Shown here piece by piece: positions 16,040 through 25,233 of a DNA stretch of 32,000 nt. The notes below the pieces were generated by a model. The model was not told where the DNA came from. It did no database searches and was given only the letters and a program-made list of their open reading frames with translations. A program made the position numbers and the translations under genes. Every line of letters starts with the position of its first letter. The stretch's first letter is position 1. Source of the DNA: Thermoproteus tenax Kra 1 (GTDB taxonomy: Archaea > Thermoproteota > Thermoprotei > Thermoproteales > Thermoproteaceae); contig NC_016070.1 in the NCBI RefSeq assembly GCF_000253055.1, positions 660,001 to 692,000 of the forward strand, given 5' to 3'.

Positions 16040-17095
16040 TTAAACTTTTCTGTCTAATGCCTCGTTCAGAGCCGCTAGGAACTTCTCCATGATCTCCAGA
16101 GGCGCTATCGTGAATCTGATGCAAGAGCGACACAACGGCTTGTTGCCCAAGGCCCTAACTGCGAAGCCGCGCCTCATGAGCTCCCTCTCTATTGTATCCG
16201 CGTCTTCTACCTTCAGTGTGATGAAATTGGCCTCACCCACATATTTCTCAAGTCTTATTCTGCCTGCCACAATGCCCTTGACCTCTCTCATCGCCTCCAC
16301 AGAGCTTCTCACGTACGTCTCAAGCTCTAGTGCTCTTTCGACTATCTTCGCCGATGCCGAACTTATCGGATGCGGATATGATAGCGCCTTTAATGCGTCT
16401 GAGAGCCTTTTGTGCGCGACTAGATAGCCGACCCTCAAGCCCGCGAGTCCCCACGCCTTAGAGAACGTCCTTGCCTCTATTACGTTTCCGTACTCAAAGA
16501 GGGATGGTCGCCACCTCCCAGCGAACTCGGCGTACGCCGCATCGTAGATCAAGACGCCGTCGAGCTTGGCGGCTAGCTCCTCCAGCTCCTTAGCTTGATG
16601 GCCCGTTGGGTTGTTCGGCGAGCACACGTAGACTCCTCCGCCTCTTCCCCGCCTCACTATGTCGTCCACGTCTATCCTTAGGTCTTGGGTGAATTGGGCT
16701 TGTTCGTAGCGTACGCCCAACTGCTCCGAAAGCAATCTGGCCATGCTGTATGTCGGCTCCAACACTACCAACTTCTTCTCGACGGCGAAATTCAGAAGCT
16801 GTATAGAGGCGCGAAGTCCGTCGTCAGCGCCTGCGGTGATAGTTACTGTGCCCTCAGGTAGGCTATAGTATGTCTCTATCTTTTTAGCTAGAGATATGTT
16901 ATTGGGTTGCGTGTAATATCTGATCTCCCAACTCTCGAGCGGTAGCTGCAGCTCTCTATAGTACTCCTCAGGCAAGAACAAGTTCTCGTTGAAATGGAGC
17001 CTATAGACTCTGTACCCCACGTCGGGCTCCTCATAGTACTGAGGCATGGCTATGAACGGCAAACTCGCTCTACCGGCATTGGGGGATCCGCCCAT
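16040..17095 (-). CDS. hisC: Histidinol-phosphate aminotransferase
   Basis: LHFNENLFLP, PNNPTGH, FSKAWGLAGLRVGY (PLP lysine). Track ORF runs to 17203 but would then overlap hisI. ATG 17095 (alternative 17047) sits just downstream of the shared TATA block. Confidence 0.88.
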   Translation of the reverse strand: MGGSPNAGRASLPFIAMPQYYEEPDVGYRVYRLHFNENLFLPEEYYRELQLPLESWEIRYYTQPNNISLAKKIETYYSLPEGTVTITAGADDGLRASIQLLNFAVEKKLVVLEPTYSMARLLSEQLGVRYEQAQFTQDLRIDVDDIVRRGRGGGVYVCSPNNPTGHQAKELEELAAKLDGVLIYDAAYAEFAGRWRPSLFEYGNVIEARTFSKAWGLAGLRVGYLVAHKRLSDALKALSYPHPISSASAKIVERALELETYVRSSVEAMREVKGIVAGRIRLEKYVGEANFITLKVEDADTIERELMRRGFAVRALGNKPLCRSCIRFTIAPLEIMEKFLAALNEALDRKV

Positions 17096-17108
17096 AGGCG
17101 CCCATGTA

Positions 17109-17126
17109 GTTATATAGAAAAAATTT
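17109..17126. promoter_or_regulatory. Shared A/T block GTTATATAGAAAAAATTT between divergent hisC and hisI
   Basis: Lies about 20-30 nt from both ATG 17095 (minus) and ATG 17145 (plus), consistent with a leaderless-type arrangement. Confidence 0.45.
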
Positions 17127-17144
17127 CTCGGCCGAGATAGATTC

Positions 17145-17588
17145 ATGGAGCCCAGGCCGTTGTCGGCTCCCGATGAGGCTTGGAGAATCGCCATGTCGCT
17201 CAACTACAGACAGAGGGATGGGACCGTGATCGCCGTAGTTCAAGACGTAGAGACCGGCGAGGTATTGATGGTCGCTCATATGGACCCTTTGGCGGTGTTT
17301 CTCACGCTGGTAACTGGACTGGCCCACTATTGGTCCACGAGCAGGAGGAGGATCTGGATGAAGGGAGAGACATCGGCCCACTACCAGTACGTTGTCGAAT
17401 TCAAGTCGGACTGCGACGGCGATGCGGTGCTCCTGAAAGTCGTCCAGATAGGCCCTGCGTGCCACACAGGCTCACGCTCTTGTTTTACTTCTAAGTACTC
17501 TCACTCACTTTCTTCTCCGCTTAAGCTCACCGCAGACGTCCTCAAGGGAGAGACCCTGGGAGGCGAGAAGGACGAGCACGTGATATAG
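17145..17588 (+). CDS. hisI: Phosphoribosyl-AMP cyclohydrolase
   Basis: DGTVIAVVQDVETGEVLMVAHMD...STSRRRIWMKGETS...DCDGDAVLLKVVQIGPACHTGSRSCF. About 30-aa C-terminal tail lies antisense to the hisE 3' end. Confidence 0.88.
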   Translation: MEPRPLSAPDEAWRIAMSLNYRQRDGTVIAVVQDVETGEVLMVAHMDPLAVFLTLVTGLAHYWSTSRRRIWMKGETSAHYQYVVEFKSDCDGDAVLLKVVQIGPACHTGSRSCFTSKYSHSLSSPLKLTADVLKGETLGGEKDEHVI

Positions 17589-17789
17589 GAGGTCAGCTGC
17601 CTCCTCCACGACCCTTTGCTTCCCCTCGGCCAGCGATGCCACGGCCAACTCTATAGCCTCCTCGCCCACTTTCCTAGCTATGTGGGCGACCCCACTCTTA
17701 TACAGAGAGTATGTATAGCTGTTGGGGTCGCCCTCAGCGATTCTCCTACGTATGACTTGTTCCAATTCTGCTAAAACCCCGCAACTCAT
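17505..17789 (-). CDS. hisE: Phosphoribosyl-ATP pyrophosphohydrolase
   Basis: MSCGVLAELEQVIRRRIAEGDPNSYTYSLYKSG...EEAIELAVA...EEAADLLYHVLVLL. ATGA overlap with the hisD stop. The longer track ORF (to 17927) overlaps hisD in another frame. Confidence 0.88.
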   Translation of the reverse strand: MSCGVLAELEQVIRRRIAEGDPNSYTYSLYKSGVAHIARKVGEEAIELAVASLAEGKQRVVEEAADLLYHVLVLLASQGLSLEDVCGELKRRRK

Positions 17790-18910
17790 CTCAACGAATC
17801 TGCGTGTAGTCTGAACCCCTCGTACTCCGCCAGCCTTATTGCGTGCTTCCTCAAGGGGCTGTCGGCCAACGTCCAAGCCACGCCGATGGGCTTCATGAAA
17901 GTAGATGGCGTTATGATCCCGCGCCATCTGGCGCTCCCGCCCGTGGGCAACACATGTGAGATTCCAGCTACGTAGTCCACCAATGGGCTCGGCCCATTCA
18001 CAGACACGGCACCAACATTTCTCACCATTTGAGCCAGCTCGGGAAGGCCCCAGACCTCCAGATGTTCGGGCGCTATTGAGTCGATCTCTCTGGCGGCCTC
18101 CTCTATAGAGCCCACCGACTTGGTGCTCAAAGGACCCATCGAGCTTGTCTTTTCTCTTCTGTAGATCTCCTCGACCTCTCTAAGCAGTTGATAGTCCCGG
18201 GAGATGACCACGGCGAAAGAAGTAGGGCCGTGCTCCAGTTGGGCCAGAGCGCCAGCGACTGCGCGCCTTGGGTCTACACCCTCGGCGTAGACCACAAGCT
18301 CAGTGGGGCCTTCGATGCCGTCTATGCCCACGTAGCGAGAGAGGACGTACTTGGCTGCTTGCACGTAGAGACCGCCTGGGCCGGCCAACATGTCCACGCC
18401 GAGGTGAAAGGCAACGTAGGCGAGACCGTGCGCTCCGCCTACGCCGACAACCGCGTTGATGCCCAACTTGGCCGCCACAGTGAGAAACTCCGGCGTGAGC
18501 CCCTTCGGCGGAGTTAAGGCATAGAGCTTGGACACTCCGGCGATCTTGGCCGGCACAGCGAGCATGACCAGGGTCGAGATATACCTAGCTGGAACGTAGA
18601 TGGCCAGTCTCTCTATGGGTCTCCACACTATATACCTTAATATGCCCTCGTAGAAGTCAACGACGTCGGCCGGCCTAGCCCGCGAATAGAGTCTCTCCAA
18701 CGACCTTGCCGCGGCCAACGCTGCCTCCACGACTGAGCTGTCAGCTTCTGGACGCTCAGACGGCTCGATTAAGAGCTCGGGCGGTTTGAGGCCGTCCAGC
18801 CTCTGAGACCACTCCAGAGCCGCTACAGCTCCGCCTTTCCTGACGTCCTCTATAATCTCTTTCGCCCTACTCAGAGCCTCCTCCGAGATGGCCTCCCTAA
18901 TCATAGTCAA
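17786..18910 (-). CDS. hisD: Histidinol dehydrogenase
   Basis: GPTELVVYAEG, ALAQLEHGP, APEHLEVW, SHVLPTGGSAR. Confidence 0.88.
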   Translation of the reverse strand: MTMIREAISEEALSRAKEIIEDVRKGGAVAALEWSQRLDGLKPPELLIEPSERPEADSSVVEAALAAARSLERLYSRARPADVVDFYEGILRYIVWRPIERLAIYVPARYISTLVMLAVPAKIAGVSKLYALTPPKGLTPEFLTVAAKLGINAVVGVGGAHGLAYVAFHLGVDMLAGPGGLYVQAAKYVLSRYVGIDGIEGPTELVVYAEGVDPRRAVAGALAQLEHGPTSFAVVISRDYQLLREVEEIYRREKTSSMGPLSTKSVGSIEEAAREIDSIAPEHLEVWGLPELAQMVRNVGAVSVNGPSPLVDYVAGISHVLPTGGSARWRGIITPSTFMKPIGVAWTLADSPLRKHAIRLAEYEGFRLHADSLR

Positions 18911-19664
18911 GGCGCACCTCTACTCCTCTGGATGCCAGATACTCCTTCAACTCTCTTATCTTGATGATACCGAAGTGGAATAAGCTGGCCGCCAAGAGGC
19001 CCTGGGCGCCGGCCAGAGCTCCCTCGTAGAAGTGGCGCATCTCGCCGGCCCCGCCCGATGCTATTATCGGTATTGTTACAGAGGACGATATAGCCCTCAG
19101 GAGCTCGATGTCGTAGCCGGACCTAGTTCCGTCTTTATCTATTGATGTAACCAGGAGCTCTCCGGCGCCCAGATCTGCCGCCTTAACTGCCCAGACCACA
19201 GCGTCTAAGTCTGTAGGAGTTCCTCCACTTTTTATATAGACTTTATAGCGACTGCCGATCCTTTTAGCGTCTATGGCCACTACTGTGGACTGCGAGCCGT
19301 ACTGTCTAGCCAGCTCTTCGACCAACTGAGGTCTCTTGACTGCGGCCGTATTAATGGACACCTTGTCGGCCCCGGCCTTGAACAGTTTGTCGGCGTCCTC
19401 CAGCGATCTGACACCGCCGCCTATTGTGACAGGTATGGAGACCGATGTGGCGACCTCCTTTACGACCTTGAGGAAGGTCGGTCTGTCCTCAATAGAGGCA
19501 GTTATATCTAGTATCACCAACTCATCGGCGCCCTCATCGTCGTATTTCATCGCTAACTCGATGGGGTCTCCAACCTCTCTGAGCCCTTGGAAGTTCACTC
19601 CCTTCACCACGACGCCCTTCCGCCCGTCTATGTCGAGACATGGTATAATCCTTACGGCGGTCAC
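18897..19664 (-). CDS. hisF: Imidazole glycerol phosphate synthase, cyclase subunit
   Basis: RIIPCLDIDG..VVKGVNF, GADELVILDITAS, GGGVRS, ASGGAG. GTG start at 19664. Confidence 0.92.
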   Translation of the reverse strand: MTAVRIIPCLDIDGRKGVVVKGVNFQGLREVGDPIELAMKYDDEGADELVILDITASIEDRPTFLKVVKEVATSVSIPVTIGGGVRSLEDADKLFKAGADKVSINTAAVKRPQLVEELARQYGSQSTVVAIDAKRIGSRYKVYIKSGGTPTDLDAVVWAVKAADLGAGELLVTSIDKDGTRSGYDIELLRAISSSVTIPIIASGGAGEMRHFYEGALAGAQGLLAASLFHFGIIKIRELKEYLASRGVEVRLDYD

Positions 19665-19670
19665 GTCTCA

Positions 19671-19698
19671 CTTTTAAGGTATATATATTAAATAACGG
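19671..19698. promoter_or_regulatory. Shared A/T block (CTTTTAAGGTATATATATTAAATAACGG) between divergent hisF and hisB
   Basis: The 43-nt spacer is dominated by a TATATATAT core about 22-27 nt from both GTG starts. Confidence 0.45.
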
Positions 19699-19707
19699 CG
19701 CCCCTTC

Positions 19708-20253
19708 GTGATAAGGGAGACAAAGGAGACTAGAGTGGAGGTCGAACTGATGAGGGACGGGCCTATAGTCGTCGAGACCCCCATAGGCTTTCTTACGCAT
19801 ATGCTTGAGACGTTGTTGTACTACGCTGGACTGGGCGGCAGAGTTAAGGCGGTAGTCCTCAGAGACCTCGACGAGGGGCACCACGTCATAGAGGACGTCG
19901 CGCTAGCTATAGGCTCGGCCTTGTCGGAGTTTGTCGGAGACAGAAGGAGCATTGCTAGATATGGGTGGTCTATCGTCCCCATGGACGATTCAAGGGCCGT
20001 AGCAGCCGTCGATTTGGGCGGCAGACCCTTCTGGGTGGTCAGAGCGGAGCTACCCAACGTCGTAATCGGAGGTTATCCGACGTATATGTTCAAGCACTTC
20101 GTGAGATCGCTCGCCTCAGAGGCGAGGGCGACTATACACGTGGAGATTTACGGCGAAGATCCCCACCACATGATAGAGGTGGCCCATAAGGCTCTGGGGT
20201 TGGCCTTGAGACAGGCCCTCTCACCTGCCGATAGGCCTATGACGACTAAGTGA
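19708..20253 (+). CDS. hisB: Imidazoleglycerol-phosphate dehydratase
   Basis: RETKETRVEVEL, FLTHMLETL, DEGHHVIEDVALAIG, DPHHMIEVAHKALG. Monofunctional; no phosphatase domain. Confidence 0.92.
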   Translation: MIRETKETRVEVELMRDGPIVVETPIGFLTHMLETLLYYAGLGGRVKAVVLRDLDEGHHVIEDVALAIGSALSEFVGDRRSIARYGWSIVPMDDSRAVAAVDLGGRPFWVVRAELPNVVIGGYPTYMFKHFVRSLASEARATIHVEIYGEDPHHMIEVAHKALGLALRQALSPADRPMTTK

Positions 20254-20346
20254 GGAACTCAGTGGGACAACCGGCCGGCAATAGAACGCCTACCCCCCGA
20301 GACTTCATCACTCACAGTGAGAAAGAATAATTAGTTTTAGGCTTTT

Positions 20347-21060
20347 GTGGGCGTGTTAATAATCCCCTCAATAGACCTAGAGGGCGGCAAGGCCGTCAAA
20401 AGAGTGAAAGGAGAGAGAGGGAAATACGTGTTTGTGGGCGATCCCGTGGAGTTGGCCAAGCGCTTCTCCAAGGCTCCTCTTGTCCATATCGTGGACCTGG
20501 ACGGCGCAGAGACGGGGGCCCCGGCCAATCTCAATGTAGTCTCTCTCATTTCACAGATCGTAGAGGGCTCTTGTGAGATCGGAGGAGGTCTTAGGTCCCG
20601 CGACTCCGTTAAGAAGGCGTTAAGCGTATGCGATTACGCGGTCGTGAGCACATTACCCTTTACAGATAGGCGTCTCTTCGGCGAATTGGCGGAAGAGTTC
20701 GCCGGAAGGCTCGTCGTCTCAGTTGATGTTTTAAACGGGTTCGTCATGGGAGACGGCTGGAGGAGACCCCTCGTTGAGCTAAAGAGGGCCGTGGAGGAGC
20801 TGTCAAGCTACGACTTGGCCGCAATAATCTATACCGCAATTGAGGTCGAGGGGACTGGGCTCGGCCCTCTCGCCGCATCGGCTGAGTTGCTCAAGAGCGT
20901 AGCAAAGAGAGTTTACTACGCGGGCGGTATATCCAACTGTGGCCACTTAGAGGCCGTAAAGCGCGCCGGCTTTGATGGCGCTATAATCGGCTACGCGCTC
21001 CACAGGGGCGCGTTAGACTGTCTTGGGGATCTCTCCGTATCTGACTCATACTACTTCTAG
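20347..21060 (+). CDS. hisA: ProFAR isomerase
   Basis: IIPSIDLEGGKAVKRVKGE, VHIVDLDGA, GGGLRS, YAGGISN. Confidence 0.88.
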   Translation: MGVLIIPSIDLEGGKAVKRVKGERGKYVFVGDPVELAKRFSKAPLVHIVDLDGAETGAPANLNVVSLISQIVEGSCEIGGGLRSRDSVKKALSVCDYAVVSTLPFTDRRLFGELAEEFAGRLVVSVDVLNGFVMGDGWRRPLVELKRAVEELSSYDLAAIIYTAIEVEGTGLGPLAASAELLKSVAKRVYYAGGISNCGHLEAVKRAGFDGAIIGYALHRGALDCLGDLSVSDSYYF

Positions 21061-22604
21061 CAGGGCTCTATGGTCGCGGGAGGCTTCGGCGTTATGGCAT
21101 ACGCCACCATAGTGACCTTAGGCACTTCAGACACTATCCTCTGCGCAATGCGCGAGAGCACGCGCCAATCTAGCTTAGCCCAGTCCGCCGTCATGGCGTC
21201 CTCGCTTTCGACAATTCTGATCGTCACAACGTGTCCCACAGACCTTGCGTCGCCCTTAACGCCGACCCACATATCGTCGCCCACCACTGCAAACGCCTGC
21301 CACACTCTATAGTACAGCCCGCTCGCTTTAAGCTCCTCCTCCACTATCTTGCTGGCCCTTCTGACGATATCTAGTTTCTCTCTGGTGAACTGTCCCATGA
21401 TCCTTACGGCAAGGCCCGGGCCGGGGAACGGATGACGGTAGACCACATCGTCGGGCAGACCCAACGCCTTCCCTATAGCCCTTACCTCGTCCTTGTAGAA
21501 GTTCCTCAATGGTTCCAACAGTTTGAAGTCAAGTCTGGCCGGCAGACCGCCCACGTTGTGATGACTTTTTATTTTGTCCGCGCCTTTGACGGCTCCGCTC
21601 TCTATTACGTCGGGGTACAACGTCCCCTGGGCCAACCACCTCGCGTTGGATACTTGAGACGCCGTCTTGGCGAAGACGTCTATGAACGTCTCGCCTATAA
21701 TGCGCCTCCTCTCCTCGCAGTCCTCTACTCCGTCCAGCCTTCTGAGGAACTCTTCGGATGCGTCCACGTAGATAACGCGTATACCCAGCCGCTGGAAGAG
21801 CTGTAGCACCTCCTCGGGCTCGCCCTCTCTGAAGAGGCCGTGGTTTACAAATATGGGAACGGCCCTATCCCCTATAGCCTTGGCCACCAATAGGGCAACC
21901 ACGGTACTGTCGATCCCCCCGCTGACGCCTATAATGACCCTCTCGCCGGGCCCCACGGTCCTCCTGATCTCTTCGATTATCTGAGGCACTGTTCTCACAG
22001 GGTCCCAACGCTCCTCGCTACGTATGCCCACTATGTTCTCCACGAAGTTCTTAAACAACTGCTTCCCCTTGGGAGTGTGCGCTACCTCTGGATGGAACTG
22101 TACTCCATAGAGGGGTTTGTCCACAGCCTTCATAGCGGCTATATACCCCCTCTCGGAGACCGCAGTGACTTGAAATCCCGGCGGTACCTCAGCTACAGAG
22201 TCGCCGTGGCTCATCCAGACGACCTCCCTCTCTTCAAAGCCGCTGAGCAGTTCGTCCTTCACTAACACGCGGATCTCCGTATTGCCGTATTCGCCGGGCC
22301 CTCTGGCCAACTTGCCGCCGAGCTCCCTCGCCATAAGTTGGAAGCCGTAACATATACCTAGAATGGGCTTATTCAACTTGAAGAGATCGGGGTCAACGCC
22401 CGGAGAGTTGGGCTCGAGAACTGAGGCGGGCCCTCCAGAGAGAACTACGGCGGCCACATCTTGTGCCCTCGCCGCCTCAAGGGCCTCCTCGGGCCACACC
22501 AGCTCTGAATACAGGCCCGCCTCTCTTAGTCTTCTCGCTATGAGGTGGGCATATTGTCCCCCGAAGTTAACTACGACTGCCCTCCTCATACCCTTCCCCT
22601 CCAC
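21057..22604 (-). CDS. guaA: GMP synthase (glutamine-hydrolysing), fused GATase + ATP-pyrophosphatase
   Basis: GICYGFQLMA (GATase Cys), FHPE, PP-loop GVSGGIDSTV, C-terminal dimerisation domain ...PPATIEPC. Start is GTG 22604 or ATG 22589. Confidence 0.92.
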   Translation of the reverse strand: MEGKGMRRAVVVNFGGQYAHLIARRLREAGLYSELVWPEEALEAARAQDVAAVVLSGGPASVLEPNSPGVDPDLFKLNKPILGICYGFQLMARELGGKLARGPGEYGNTEIRVLVKDELLSGFEEREVVWMSHGDSVAEVPPGFQVTAVSERGYIAAMKAVDKPLYGVQFHPEVAHTPKGKQLFKNFVENIVGIRSEERWDPVRTVPQIIEEIRRTVGPGERVIIGVSGGIDSTVVALLVAKAIGDRAVPIFVNHGLFREGEPEEVLQLFQRLGIRVIYVDASEEFLRRLDGVEDCEERRRIIGETFIDVFAKTASQVSNARWLAQGTLYPDVIESGAVKGADKIKSHHNVGGLPARLDFKLLEPLRNFYKDEVRAIGKALGLPDDVVYRHPFPGPGLAVRIMGQFTREKLDIVRRASKIVEEELKASGLYYRVWQAFAVVGDDMWVGVKGDARSVGHVVTIRIVESEDAMTADWAKLDWRVLSRIAQRIVSEVPKVTMVAYAITPKPPATIEPC

Positions 22605-22773
22605 GCTCGTCCATTGTCGAAATACGGCGGATTGCTTTTAAACATTTCCTTTAGTCAAATCCAACATATTGCCTTGTATCATCCCCATACTATTTAATCA
22701 TCTGTTTAAAAATAATTTAAACGCCGGCAGGACTTGTGCGCAACCCTTATAGTCATCCCCCAATCGGTCGCTC

Positions 22774-24054
22774 ATGTTCCAAGATGCTGTGGCTGCGGCG
22801 GCTCTAGTCATCCTAGTGGGCGGCTTGCTTTTTAAGTCGCGCTTCCCCAAGATACCAGCTTGGTCGATCATGGCCTTCTCCTCCTTCGTCGTCGTGATAG
22901 GCCGCCTAATTCCTATAGATAGGCTTGCGTCAGCGATCGATATAGATGTTATCTTGTTCCTAATAGGGATGTTCTCAATAGTGTCCATGGCCGAGTCGTC
23001 GGGCCTTCTCGATGCAATCGCCTACTGGTTCCTCTGGCGCGCAAGATCTACCAGAGGCCTCCTCTTGACGCTCTCCTTCCTGTTCGGCCTGCTCGCGGCC
23101 TTCACGGTGAACGATGCGGTGGCTCTGATGGGGCCGCCAATAGTCGCCGCCGTAGCTAGAGTTGCCGGCATAGAGATGGCGCCTCTGCTTCTATTGTTGT
23201 GCTTCGCCGTGACTATAGGCTCCGTAACTACCCCGATAGGGAATCCACAGAACGTCCTCATAGCGGTTCAGTCCGGCATGAGGACGCCTCTTCTGACGTT
23301 CTTGGAATTCCTCTTGGCGCCTACTCTGGTGAATCTAGCTCTGCTCCCCTTCCTGATCGAGAGGTGGTACAAGCTTCCAAAGAAGGCTATAGCCATAGCC
23401 TATATACCCGCTGAGGCCATAAGGAATAAGCGCGATGCCTATCTGGCCGGCGGAGGGCTCTTGGCTGTCGTATTGTCGTTGCTTGTGAACGACATATTGG
23501 CCCTAATGGGGCTCCCTCATGTGGAGAACATAGGCTATATACCGTTCCTCGCGGCAGCGGCGATCTACATTTTCTCGTCTAATCCAAGACGTGTTGTAGA
23601 GGGCGTCAACTGGGGCACTATAATCTTCTTCTTGACGATGTTCATAACTATGAGGGGGATCTGGGTCTCTGGCCTATTACAGCCCGCCATCAACTTCCTA
23701 ATGCCTCAGGCCGAGGGGCCGATCCCAGGAATCTTTGCTATAATGGCCGAGTCCCTCCTCTTCAGTCAACTACTCTCCAATGTGCCCTTCACTGAGCTGT
23801 TTATACAATACATGAAGGGGTTGGGCTACGGGTCAGGGGATGCTTGGGCGTGGCTCACTTTAGCAATGGCGGCCACAATAGCGGGCAACCTAACTCTGCT
23901 AGGTGCCGCCAGCAACATCATCGTGTTGGAAGTCGCCGAGAGCAAGTATCTCACTACAATTAAATTCAGCGAGTTCTTCAAAAGAGGTATCATTATAACC
24001 TCTTTGAACGCAGTAGTATACTTGCCCTTCCTCCTCCTAGCTGCGAGGCTCTAA
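22774..24054 (+). CDS. ArsB/NhaD-superfamily (CitMHS-like) anion/ion permease
   Basis: About 10-12 TM segments. The characteristic TPIGNPQNVLIA motif and its C-terminal repeat counterpart (GNLTLLGAASNIIV). Confidence 0.7.
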   Translation: MFQDAVAAAALVILVGGLLFKSRFPKIPAWSIMAFSSFVVVIGRLIPIDRLASAIDIDVILFLIGMFSIVSMAESSGLLDAIAYWFLWRARSTRGLLLTLSFLFGLLAAFTVNDAVALMGPPIVAAVARVAGIEMAPLLLLLCFAVTIGSVTTPIGNPQNVLIAVQSGMRTPLLTFLEFLLAPTLVNLALLPFLIERWYKLPKKAIAIAYIPAEAIRNKRDAYLAGGGLLAVVLSLLVNDILALMGLPHVENIGYIPFLAAAAIYIFSSNPRRVVEGVNWGTIIFFLTMFITMRGIWVSGLLQPAINFLMPQAEGPIPGIFAIMAESLLFSQLLSNVPFTELFIQYMKGLGYGSGDAWAWLTLAMAATIAGNLTLLGAASNIIVLEVAESKYLTTIKFSEFFKRGIIITSLNAVVYLPFLLLAARL

Positions 24055-25233
24055 CAGCGGCTTCATTCGAGACCATTCGTCTATATAGAAGACTATGTTT
24101 AAGTTAGATCCCGTAGGGCCTGTTCTTACGACCCTCCCCGTCTCCGCGAAGGGCTCCAAAGTGTTGTTTTCGGCAAAATAACTCGATACATCTCCCCGTT
24201 TGACCAATTCACCGAGAAGACCGGGGTCTGCCCAGACGCCGGCAACGCCCGTATTGCCGTCAAGCCCGTCCGTCGCCATAGCGAAAACGGCATATCTGCG
24301 CGACGCCAAAATGAAGGACAGTGCGAACTCTGTTGTCCTGCCGCCGCGTCCTCCCCCTCTGACTGTCACAGTGGGCTCTCCGCCCAACAATAAGGGCGTT
24401 CCAGTCTCCCTCGCCAAATAGGCCGCGTAGCGTCCCAACTCGCGCGCCTCGCCTACAAGGCAAGATGTCACTATGCGGCCACCTGTGACCCTCTGAATCT
24501 CAGTTAATACATCTAAGTTTTTGGCGATCACTAGGGCCTCATGCCTAAATTCCTTCGGCGTGTCCTTCCCCCTCAGAGCCTCTTCAATGGCTGTGCGCGC
24601 TGTGATCGGCATACGCTCCCATAGACCTGCTATCTTTAATGATGTGAGCGCCTCCTCGGCTGTCGAAGAATCGGGCACAGCAGGGCCGGAACCTACGTCT
24701 GAGGGATCGTCGCAAGGCACGTCGCTCGCTATTAAGTTATAGACATAAGCCCCCCTCGCAACCGCCATCGCTCCGAGCTTTCCGCCCTTTATGGCCGAGA
24801 TTCTCTTCCTTATGGCGTTCATCTGGTGTATATCGAGGCCGCTGCGTAGCAGGAGACCCCACGTAATTAGAAAGTCGTCCTCAGGTATTAACGGAACCTC
24901 GGCTAAGCTCGAAGCGCCTCCCGACACTAGAAAGACTACTCTCTCCCCTCTACTTAAGGAGGACACGTAGTCTAACACGGCCTCGCCAGCCTTAAAACTA
25001 CGATGCGATGGAGTAGGGTGGTCGGCCACGTAGAGCTTAACGCTCTTGGGCACAGGTCCCTCAATAGGCGAGACGGCTATGCCGTCTTCTATGTCCGACA
25101 CCTCAGCGAGGCCTTGCACCATCGCTATTGCGCCCTTACCTATTGCCACAGCTCTGACGCGACCCAACCTCGGCGCCTTGCGCTGTACAGCCCTTTTTAG
25201 GTCTATTGCCGATAGGATTACGTCAACTATCAT
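24037..25233 (-). CDS. Glycerate 2-kinase (DUF4147 + MOFRL family)
   Basis: AVAIGKGAIAM (N-domain) and GGEPTVTVRGGGRGGRTTEFALSF, DGLDGNTGVAG (MOFRL). The ATG directly abuts the ilvD-like stop. Confidence 0.8.
   Translation of the reverse strand: MIVDVILSAIDLKRAVQRKAPRLGRVRAVAIGKGAIAMVQGLAEVSDIEDGIAVSPIEGPVPKSVKLYVADHPTPSHRSFKAGEAVLDYVSSLSRGERVVFLVSGGASSLAEVPLIPEDDFLITWGLLLRSGLDIHQMNAIRKRISAIKGGKLGAMAVARGAYVYNLIASDVPCDDPSDVGSGPAVPDSSTAEEALTSLKIAGLWERMPITARTAIEEALRGKDTPKEFRHEALVIAKNLDVLTEIQRVTGGRIVTSCLVGEARELGRYAAYLARETGTPLLLGGEPTVTVRGGGRGGRTTEFALSFILASRRYAVFAMATDGLDGNTGVAGVWADPGLLGELVKRGDVSSYFAENNTLEPFAETGRVVRTGPTGSNLNIVFYIDEWSRMKPLLEPRS

Noticed and set aside
17790-17927. Long form of the hisE ORF (17505..17927)
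   Set aside because: The extension overlaps the hisD C-terminus in another frame. ATG 17789 forms an ATGA junction with the hisD stop and yields a normal about 94-aa HisE.
22605-22773. AUGAUUA, AUGAUAC and AUGACUA words on the minus strand of the guaA-permease spacer, considered as C boxes
   Set aside because: There is no CUGA D box at an appropriate distance. The region is better explained as two A/T promoter blocks for the divergent genes.
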